Source of the DNA: an uncultured Anaerolineales bacterium
Lineage (GTDB): Bacteria > Chloroflexota > Anaerolineae > UBA3071
Direction: 5' to 3'
DNA: 41,501 nucleotides
Assembly (NCBI GenBank): GCA_965369635.1
Contig: CBDURC010000002.1
Location: 1-41,501 of the forward strand
In this document: in pieces, positions 32,196 through 39,100 of the stretch
Layout: the number at the start of each line of letters is the position of its first letter
Position numbering within the stretch: position 1 is the first letter of the stretch
Notes under the pieces: generated by a model
The model's input: only the letters and a program-made list of their open reading frames with translations
The model's database searches: none
Told to the model about the DNA's origin: nothing
Position numbers and translations under genes: made by a program

Positions 32196-34373
32196 GTGCA
32201 TTGCCCAAACTGTAACACATCATTGCAGCCAAACGCTCGCTTTTGCGGTACCTGTGGACATCGACTCGATCAACCGCAGTGTCCGAATTGTCAAGCACCA
32301 GTCAATCTCAGCCATCGCTTCTGCGCCCGATGTGGCTGGGACCTGCAGCAAGCGCAGCCACCAGTATCTGAACCGGTCAGCACTGACACAGAAGCGGTTC
32401 AAGACAAGCCAGCACCAGAGGGCAGACGGCGGCGGTGGGGCATCCTGATCCTGGCCGCAGTTGTCATCGTGGTGCTGGCGGCCGCGGCCTGGTACGTGGT
32501 GCGGACTCTCCAGCCTTCCCAGGAGGTTGGCACGGCGGTTCTGGTTGAAACACCTGTCCTAACGCCTGCTGAGCAAGTCCCGCCGCCAGTAGAGGAGACT
32601 GAGGAAGTTGAGGAGAGTGAAGAACTGCAAGAGCCTCAGTCTTTGTGGCAAGCAGTACAAGATGCTGTGGAAGCCGGTGACACGCTCCAGGCCGTTCAGT
32701 TGCTGCAGCAACTGCGCTCCGATCATCCCAACTTCGAACCGCAAGCGGTTGGCGACCAACTCTACACCCTGTGCCGTGCCTGGTACGATGACTCGGCCGA
32801 AAGCATATCCCCAGAGGTGCTGGCCGCGCTCGATTGTCTCGCCCGGGTGCGCCCAGAGGATCCGGCGGTTGCACAGCAAGCCTGGTGGAAGGAACTTGTC
32901 GAGGCAAAAGAGCATCTGCTGGCCGGGGAAGCGGCCCAGGCCATTGACTTGCTAGAGTCAATGATCGCCGCAGCGCCGTCCGATTTCGCCCAGGGACGTC
33001 ACAAAGGCTTCCTCTACGAGGCCTATTTGCAGCAAGGAGATGCCGCGTGTGCGGCAGAAGACTTTGAGGCGGCCAGAGCCAGCTACATCAAAGCGCGCAC
33101 ACTGGATCCAACGCGCCTGGAAGCTGGCAACCGCATCGCCAGTTGCCAGCCCCCCACGCCGACTCCAACGATCACGCCGGCACCGACGTTGACGCCTACA
33201 CCGTTGCCACCAGGAGCAATGGTCATCTCCTACACCCAGGAGGAGCGGTTGAACTTGCGCATGGGACCGGGACTGAACTATCCTATCGTTGGACGGGCTG
33301 AGGCAGGTGCTGTGTTTACTGCTACAGGTCGGAGCGAGGATGCGGGGTGGCTAAAGGGCCAGCGGCCTGGCGGTGGCGAGGTCTGGATGTCCGGTGAGGT
33401 CGTCGAGGCCAACTATCCCTTTGTGGCTGCGCCGGTCGTAGAGATACCATTGCCGCCAAGTGAGTTTGTGATTGCAGATTCGGTGAGGGATTTCAGCACC
33501 AAGCAAGGCGAGAACGGCTGGTACTATCTGGCCTCTAGGTCGCCGGGAAGCCTTGACTACGACTGGATGCCTGCCGAGGGGGGATGGTACCGATGGACCA
33601 AGTCGGGCCGCAGCCCCGAAATGCGGCTCAGTGCCGAGGGCAGCTATCCTAGCTGGAACTCGGACACCATGCGGCTCTGGAGCAGCATGTACGAGGGTAC
33701 CGTCCGCATTGAGGGCCAGGCACACAAAGAGGTGGGCGCTGGGCGTGGTGGCAACGGTGTAGCGCTACGCGTTGTCTTGCTCAGTACCGCCGAGAATGGT
33801 GACACCACGCTTGACCAGGAGCTATGGTCTGATACCCTTGGGGCTTATGATACCAGCGGTTACAAGTTTACCGTGGACCCCTTCGAGATACGGCCAGGGG
33901 GCGGGATCTACTTTGTCACCTCCGCCTCGGGAGACGATCGGAAGGACAACACTGTTTTCACGAGTCGTATTATTCTCGTGAACGAAGGGGGTGTGGTTCT
34001 GACCCCAACGCCAACCCCGGAACCCACACCAGTTCCCACTCCAAGGCCGCCGCTGTGCTTCGAACCGCGTCAGCGTCATTTTGAGGATCACAAAGGTTGT
34101 TGCGGTGAAGTGGTTGGTATCGCCTACACCAACCAGGGGCGGCTCAGTTGGGGACAGGTTCACATTGAAGGCCCACCTGCCACCAACCAATACCGTATGG
34201 ACTTCGCCATCAACAAGGACGGCGGCTACGAAATAACGGCACTGAACATGTTTGCTGATTACACGATTTGGCTCAAAGGTGCACGCATTCGCAGCAGCAA
34301 ATTCGTAGTCCACTACGAGGATCTTGGCAAGGTCCGCGCAGTGGTCGACTTCTATCAGGTATCTTGCAGGTAG
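32196..34373 (+). CDS. Double zinc ribbon - TM - acidic linker - TPR-like helical region - PT linker - SH3b - large C-terminal ectodomain protein
   Basis: Start set at GTG 32196 (ACGGAG RBS) because the 32067 extension overlaps the ABC gene. Ribbons CPNCNTSLQPNARFCGTCG and CPNCQAPVNLSHRFCARCG. RRRRW plus TM GILILAAVVIVVLAAAAWYVV. EETEEVEESEELQE. SH3b-like LNLRMGPGLNYPIVGRAEAGAVFTATGRSEDAGWLKG. Confidence 0.75.
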   Translation: MHCPNCNTSLQPNARFCGTCGHRLDQPQCPNCQAPVNLSHRFCARCGWDLQQAQPPVSEPVSTDTEAVQDKPAPEGRRRRWGILILAAVVIVVLAAAAWYVVRTLQPSQEVGTAVLVETPVLTPAEQVPPPVEETEEVEESEELQEPQSLWQAVQDAVEAGDTLQAVQLLQQLRSDHPNFEPQAVGDQLYTLCRAWYDDSAESISPEVLAALDCLARVRPEDPAVAQQAWWKELVEAKEHLLAGEAAQAIDLLESMIAAAPSDFAQGRHKGFLYEAYLQQGDAACAAEDFEAARASYIKARTLDPTRLEAGNRIASCQPPTPTPTITPAPTLTPTPLPPGAMVISYTQEERLNLRMGPGLNYPIVGRAEAGAVFTATGRSEDAGWLKGQRPGGGEVWMSGEVVEANYPFVAAPVVEIPLPPSEFVIADSVRDFSTKQGENGWYYLASRSPGSLDYDWMPAEGGWYRWTKSGRSPEMRLSAEGSYPSWNSDTMRLWSSMYEGTVRIEGQAHKEVGAGRGGNGVALRVVLLSTAENGDTTLDQELWSDTLGAYDTSGYKFTVDPFEIRPGGGIYFVTSASGDDRKDNTVFTSRIILVNEGGVVLTPTPTPEPTPVPTPRPPLCFEPRQRHFEDHKGCCGEVVGIAYTNQGRLSWGQVHIEGPPATNQYRMDFAINKDGGYEITALNMFADYTIWLKGARIRSSKFVVHYEDLGKVRAVVDFYQVSCR
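33150..33212 (+). repeat. Pro/Thr linker coding region
   Basis: Encodes PPTPTPTITPAPTLTPTPLPP. Confidence 0.75.
34001..34051 (+). repeat. Pro/Thr linker coding region
   Basis: Encodes TPTPTPEPTPVPTPRPP. Confidence 0.75.
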
Positions 34374-34462
34374 ACAGCGCCAGCCTATCGCTGCAAGGCT
34401 TTTCTGGTATTGCCGATAGAACCCATTCTGGAAACAATCGCCTTTGCTTTGCGTCAAGTGTA

Positions 34463-34800
34463 TCATGCTCCACAGACCAAGGCAAGCGTGGCGTGGGTCG
34501 GGAAGACGAAGCAGTTTCGGAGTTCTCGGCGGCCCCTCTTGGTAGCAGCCTCCGCTGCCAGGGCACTCCCCGCTACACGGATGCTTCGGCTGTGCTCAGC
34601 ACAGGCTATCGGATTGGGTTCTCCCCAATCGTAGCGGTTGACCGATGGTTGGGGCCAGGTCGTGGGAAGTCTCCCCACTCGAACCGGCACTCCGGTGCTC
34701 TCATCGAGCCCTTGGAGATACTTGCGCAGGATGTTGATGGCGCCGTTGATATCAGTGTTGAGGGTAGCAGCACATTCCGCAGACGGATGCGGGTAATCTC
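34463..34800 (-). pseudogene. C-terminal remnant of a TnpB-like (IS200/IS605 OrfB) gene
   Basis: The minus strand reads ...RDYPHPSAECAATLNTDINGAINILRKYLQGL.... This is the TnpB terminal zinc-finger/RuvC-III signature (C..CG...RD.NAA.NIL) with degenerate Cys/Gly positions. An in-frame TAA lies immediately upstream, and no N-terminal part is present. Confidence 0.45.
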
Positions 34801-34829
34801 GCGAGGTTTAGGTGAGTTTGCCCCCATCA

Positions 34830-35336
34830 TGGAGGCGCTGATAGACTGGAAGAATGAGCGGTTTCTGAAGGACCTGGCCGCCGACGTGAAGCGGGCGCCG
34901 CACGACATGGCCGGGAAGGGGTACGCGCCTGGTGAGTTTCAGCCCCGAGGCTACAAGGCCGAACCGGTGGAGATCGGCAAGCGGCGGGATGGCAAGCCCC
35001 GCATTGTCGCCCGCTGGGTGGAGGATCCGGAGGCGGGGCCGCTAGCGCTGTTGGGCGGAACGGGCCTCCCTCTTCAGACAACGAGCGGAACTGGAAGCGC
35101 TCCACTGCTCGGAGCTCCTCACTATTCCCCCTGATCTCACCACTGAGGTCATTTCCTCTCTCACCGCCCAACTGCATGCCAATGAGGTGGCCACGGCTCG
35201 CGCGGCTCTCCAGCAAGTCCTTCTCCGAATAGAGATAACAAAAGAGCAGGCAACGCTCTACTACACGCTGCCTGCTTCGTTACACCCCAGTTTGGCAGTG
35301 CCCCCAACCGGGTTCGAACCGGTGTTGCAGGCTTGA
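34830..35336 (+). pseudogene. Large serine recombinase remnant (mid-domain piece plus frameshifted C-terminal tail) reading into the tRNA 3' end
   Basis: One frame reads ...KGYAPGEFQPRGYKAEPVEIGKRRDGKPRIVARWVEDPEAGPLA (start of the recombinase domain). A second frame reads RAELEALH...ARAALQQVLLRIEITKEQATLYYTLP (typical C-terminal end). No resolvase catalytic domain is present. Confidence 0.45.
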
Positions 35337-35371
35337 AAGGCCTGAGTCCTAGTCCTCTAGACGATGGGGGC
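35299..35371 (-). tRNA. tRNA-Glu (anticodon UUC)
   Basis: The minus strand reads GCCCCCATCGTCTAGAGGACTAGGACTCAGGCCTTTCAAGCCTGCAACACCGGTTCGAACCCGGTTGGGGGCA. It has a 7-bp acceptor stem, a GTCTAGAGG D-loop typical of tRNA-Glu, the anticodon loop CTTTCAA and a GGTTCGAACCC T-arm. CCA is not encoded. Confidence 0.9.
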
Positions 35372-35382
35372 GGATCGGTCGT

Positions 35383-35411
35383 ATTCTATCAGAAACGGCG
35401 AATAGCGTCAA
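35383..35411 (-). promoter_or_regulatory. Sigma70-type promoter of tRNA-Glu
   Basis: The minus strand reads TTGACG - 17 nt - TAGAAT. The -10 ends 11 nt before tRNA position 1. Confidence 0.55.
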
Positions 35412-35450
35412 ATGTGCGCGATCACTCCGCAGGGTGGCTGGCGATCTCTT

Positions 35451-35479
35451 TTGACAACAAGGGACGAGAATGCTACAAT
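35451..35479 (+). promoter_or_regulatory. Sigma70-type promoter of the cysteine desulfurase gene
   Basis: TTGACA (35451-35456), 17 nt, TACAAT (35474-35479), with an extended -10 TGc. ATG lies 35 nt downstream with an AAGGAG RBS. Confidence 0.6.
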
Positions 35480-35513
35480 GGCGGCGAATGGCTAGATGCA
35501 AAGGAGTGTGAAC

Positions 35514-36698
35514 ATGGCCGAGGTACGCCGGGCAATCTACTTGGATCACGCCGCAACCACACCGGTTGATCGACGTGTGCTGCAAGTCATGCTTCCCTAT
35601 TGGACAGAGTACTACGGCAACCCTTCTGGCGTGTACCGCCTGGCACGCGAGGCGGCCAAAGCTCTGCAGCAGGCGCGGGGGACGGTGGCCTCCGTACTGG
35701 GCTGCAAGCCGCGGGAGATTATCTTCACCAGTTGCGGTTCCGAAAGTGACAACCTGGCGCTGCGCGGCGTGGCCTTTGCCCAGCGGGCGCGGGGCAAAGG
35801 CAACCACATCATCACCACCCCCATTGAGCACCACGCTGTGCTGCACACGGCTGAAGAATTGCGCGACCGCTTTGGCTTCGAGTTGACTCTGCTGCCCGTG
35901 AATCACTACGGACTGGTGAACCCGGATGATGTTTCAAAGGCGATCCGAGACGACACTATGCTCATCAGCGTGATGTACGCCAACAACGAGGTGGGTACCA
36001 TCGAGCCCATTGCTGAGATCGGCGCCATTGCCAGGGAACGGGGCATTCCATTCCACACCGATGGAGTGCAGGCAGGCGGTGTGCTGCCGCTGGACGTGGA
36101 CGATCTGAACGTGGACATGCTCTCTCTCTCGGCGCACAAGTTCTATGGCCCCAAGGGGGTCGGCCTGCTGTACGCTCGTGATGGCATCCCTCTCTGGCCC
36201 ATGCAGACCGGGGGCGGGCACGAGCGGCGGCGGCGGGCGGGCACGGAGAACCTCCCCTACATTGTAGGCCTGGCCACGGCGCTGAAGCTGGCCTACGAAG
36301 AGGCAGAGCAAACCAGCCATCGCATTGCCAACCTGCGCGATCGTCTGGTCGCCGGCGTGCTCGATAGCATCCCGCATGTGCACCTGAACGGACATCCCAT
36401 TCAGCGACTGCCCAACAATGCCAATTTCACCTTCAAGTACATCGAGGGAGAGGCGGTGTTGATTCAGCTCGACCTGATGGGCGTGGCGGCATCCAGCGGC
36501 TCGGCGTGCAGCAGCGGGGCGGTGGAGCCTTCGCACGTGCTGCGAGCCATGGGCGTACCAGCAGAGGAAGCGTTCGGCAGCCTGCGGCTGACCTTGGGAC
36601 GGGAGAACACCGAGGAGGACGTGGACTACGTGCTGGAGGTGCTGCCGCCGATAGTGGAACGGCTACGAGCCATCTCACCCTTGGTCCAGAACCGCTGA
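35514..36698 (+). CDS. nifS: Cysteine desulfurase, NifS/IscS family (class V aminotransferase)
   Basis: Start set at ATG 35514 (AAGGAG RBS). IYLDHAATTP N-terminus, PLP-lysine motif SAHKFYGPKGVG, active-site loop SSGSACSSG, and a typical C-terminus GSLRLTLGRENTEEDVDY. Confidence 0.9.
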   Translation: MAEVRRAIYLDHAATTPVDRRVLQVMLPYWTEYYGNPSGVYRLAREAAKALQQARGTVASVLGCKPREIIFTSCGSESDNLALRGVAFAQRARGKGNHIITTPIEHHAVLHTAEELRDRFGFELTLLPVNHYGLVNPDDVSKAIRDDTMLISVMYANNEVGTIEPIAEIGAIARERGIPFHTDGVQAGGVLPLDVDDLNVDMLSLSAHKFYGPKGVGLLYARDGIPLWPMQTGGGHERRRRAGTENLPYIVGLATALKLAYEEAEQTSHRIANLRDRLVAGVLDSIPHVHLNGHPIQRLPNNANFTFKYIEGEAVLIQLDLMGVAASSGSACSSGAVEPSHVLRAMGVPAEEAFGSLRLTLGRENTEEDVDYVLEVLPPIVERLRAISPLVQNR

Positions 36699-36830
36699 GT
36701 GGCGACGTGCCTGTTTGGCAGCTCCATCCGGCGCGTGGACGCGTCTCACCCGACACCTATTCTCTCCGCGTTCATCCGCGTCCCATTCGCTCTCTCGTGC
36801 TGTTCAATGTCCATCTCACCACCGTACTCT

Positions 36831-37085
36831 CTACGGCAACCCCACCTCGCGCAGTGCTCCCAGCAAGTTCTCTTTGCCTGGCGCCAGCCCCCCGAACTTG
36901 GCCAGGTCACCGACGACCAGCGGCGTTGTCATCAGGCCATACTGTTCCGCTTCCGGCCCAAGGGCACCGAGCTTGAGCACCTCCACTAGTCCGGGGAACC
37001 TCTCTTCAGCCTTATGGGCCTGTGCCCCTGCGCGCTTGCAGTTGGCGCACGGTGGGATCGTGCCACAGACCTTGATCTGAACCAT
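36831..37085 (-). CDS. Small thioredoxin-fold CxxC protein (MTH895-like)
   Basis: 84 aa. MVQIKVCG...CANC, then ...YGLMTTPLVVGD.... This has the same beta-CxxC-alpha layout as the neighbouring paralog. Confidence 0.5.
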   Translation of the reverse strand: MVQIKVCGTIPPCANCKRAGAQAHKAEERFPGLVEVLKLGALGPEAEQYGLMTTPLVVGDLAKFGGLAPGKENLLGALREVGLP

Positions 37086-37262
37086 TCTTCGCCTCCTACG
37101 AGTTCCTGGAGCGGATTTGCGCCCTCCTCACCTTCATCGCATCGGCCGAGGATGGGGTGCATCAGACCCATTGGCCCACTCCCACCACTGGTCATACCGC
37201 GTAGCCCCAGACTCCTCGACAGTCGGGGTTCCATGTCATGTCAATCGTCTGCCATGGTCGAT

Positions 37263-37508
37263 CTAAGCGCTTTGGGCCGCACGGATCCACTCCATGATCT
37301 CCTCCTTGCGCGGAATGCGGCTCGCAGACTTGACTTCCTCGTTGATCACCAATGCCGGCGTGTTCATGACGTCGTAGGCCATGATGCCATCCATGTCCTT
37401 GACCTTGGTGAACGCCGCCTCGACGCCCAACTCACCCGCCGCCTCACGGACCAGCCTCTCCAACCGCTCGCATTTGGCACATCCACCACCCAGAATCTTG
37501 ATCTCCAC
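37263..37508 (-). CDS. TM0996/MTH895-family glutaredoxin-like protein (redox-active disulfide protein 2)
   Basis: GTG start at 37508 lies 7 nt after AGGAGG. VEIKILGGGCAKCERLERLVREAAGELGVEA...YDVMNTPALVINEEV is the family-typical sequence. It sits next to an ArsP-type permease, as is usual for this family. Confidence 0.75.
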   Translation of the reverse strand: MEIKILGGGCAKCERLERLVREAAGELGVEAAFTKVKDMDGIMAYDVMNTPALVINEEVKSASRIPRKEEIMEWIRAAQSA

Positions 37509-37571
37509 GGACAACCTCCTGTTATCAAAGCCTAGCATTGCGGTAGACCATCACGCAACGCGTATCATATT

Positions 37572-38957
37572 TCAGCGTATGAACCACCCAAAGATCAGCC
37601 CTGAAAGAGTGCTGAAGATGGTCACAAGTACTACGTACACTGCCGTCTTCTTGCGGCCGATCACCGAGTTGGTGATGAGGATAGACTGCACACTCAATTC
37701 AGGGTCGGCCAGCAGATAGGCCAGCAACGGCCCACGGTGCATGCCCAACGACAGGAACGTCTGAGCAATGGGCACCTCCACCAGCGTGGGGAAGTACATA
37801 AAGACGCCGAACAGCACACCAGTGAAGTTGGCCCACACCGTATTGCGTCCGGTGAGGGTCTCGATCCAGGTTGCGGGAATGAGCGCCCGCGCCATTCCGG
37901 CCAGGAAAACGCCCACCACGAGCAGCGGGATAATCTGTTTGACAAAGCGCCACATCTCCCACAGCCACTCCTGGACATCGTATGCCTGAAAGCGCCTGGC
38001 AGCCATCCACCACACGGCAGCGATGAGCGTGATCTCCGCAATCAGCTTGCCCGTGACACCAACGCTTAGGCACTGTCCTGAGCCTGCCGAAGGGCCACCG
38101 GCGATGGCCACGACCTTGAACGAAGCCACGACCAGTGTCAGCGTGACCAGCCCGAGGGCCACGTAGGTCCAGGCATTGAATCCCTCATCGACCTTGTTCA
38201 ACCCCAGCCAGGCGGTGACGGCTATCAGGATCAGCAGGCCGATCAGGAACACCCCGTGGACACTCACACCCTCGATGCCCAGGGCAGGGTTCGGCGGCAC
38301 GACGCTGTCGAGCCAGGCCTGGAAAGAACCGGCCCACGAGCCAGGGAGCGTGAAAGTGGCGTAGCTGCGAGTCAGCAACCCCACCTGCAACGTCCCGGCG
38401 ATCAGCACGCCTAGCAGCAAGGCGAAGAAGACCCACGTGCGGCCGGGTACCTTGTCCTCCCGGGCGAAGGCACGTCCACCGTTGGTGGCCGCATTATGAG
38501 CTTCGTCGTCTTGACGGAAGAACCAAGCCATCAGGAGGCCGATGCCGATGCCGAAGACGATGGAGAGCACGATACGGGCCAGGGCGATATCCATGCCGAT
38601 CTGCACACCGGTGAAGGAGATGGCCAGGATGTTGACCGCCGGCCCAACGAACAGGAAGGTGATAGCCGGACCCAGCCCAGCGCCCTTTCTGTGGATGCTG
38701 GCAAAGAGCGGCATGATGGTACAGGAGCAGACCGCCAGCACAAATCCACCCAACGCCGACGCCGGGTAGGAAATCCACTTGGGGGCGTCTCGGCCCAGGT
38801 ACTTGGTGATGGCTTCCTTGGGGACGAGAGCGGACAGCGCTCCGGCGATGAAGAAGGCCGGCAGCAGGCACAGCAGCACGTGGGCCGCCAGATATGCCGT
38901 CAGGCTGCCGAGTCCGGTTTGCAGCAGCGTGAAGATGTAGTTTACGATGGGGTTCAT
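37572..38957 (-). CDS. UPF0718/ArsP_1-type permease
   Basis: 461-aa polytopic protein. Hallmark CSCTIMPLFASIHRKGAGLGPAITFLFVGPAVNILAI. Confidence 0.8.
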   Translation of the reverse strand: MNPIVNYIFTLLQTGLGSLTAYLAAHVLLCLLPAFFIAGALSALVPKEAITKYLGRDAPKWISYPASALGGFVLAVCSCTIMPLFASIHRKGAGLGPAITFLFVGPAVNILAISFTGVQIGMDIALARIVLSIVFGIGIGLLMAWFFRQDDEAHNAATNGGRAFAREDKVPGRTWVFFALLLGVLIAGTLQVGLLTRSYATFTLPGSWAGSFQAWLDSVVPPNPALGIEGVSVHGVFLIGLLILIAVTAWLGLNKVDEGFNAWTYVALGLVTLTLVVASFKVVAIAGGPSAGSGQCLSVGVTGKLIAEITLIAAVWWMAARRFQAYDVQEWLWEMWRFVKQIIPLLVVGVFLAGMARALIPATWIETLTGRNTVWANFTGVLFGVFMYFPTLVEVPIAQTFLSLGMHRGPLLAYLLADPELSVQSILITNSVIGRKKTAVYVVLVTIFSTLSGLIFGWFIR

Positions 38958-39100
38958 GATGCGATGTCCGATACTCCTTTCGATGGTCTGCTTTCGGCTT
39001 GTGGGTAAGCGTCCGGCGAAGCTGCGCCTCAGACCGATGAGTTAGATGGGGCACGGATTAACACCGATCGACACGGGCAAAATCAGTTTTTGATCTGTGT

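Noticed and set aside
7185-34373. Calling the cluster a type VII secretion system (FtsK-like ATPase plus FHA plus toxin), or calling the ribbon proteins zinc-binding anti-sigma factors.
   Set aside because: For T7SS: there are no WXG100/LXG proteins, no multi-P-loop EssC-type architecture and no EccB/C/D-like genes, and the FHA domain is on an ABC transporter. For anti-sigma factors: the ribbons are CxxC...CxxC knuckles, not the HxxxCxxC ZAS motif, and there is no sigma factor gene nearby. Only a loose analogy is kept.
34268-35134. 288-aa + strand ORF offered by the ORF track as a single gene.
   Set aside because: It is a composite. Its 5' third overlaps the end of the 32196-34373 gene in another frame. 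Its middle is antisense to a TnpB remnant. Only its last third resembles a serine recombinase fragment. It was treated as pseudogene debris rather than as a CDS.
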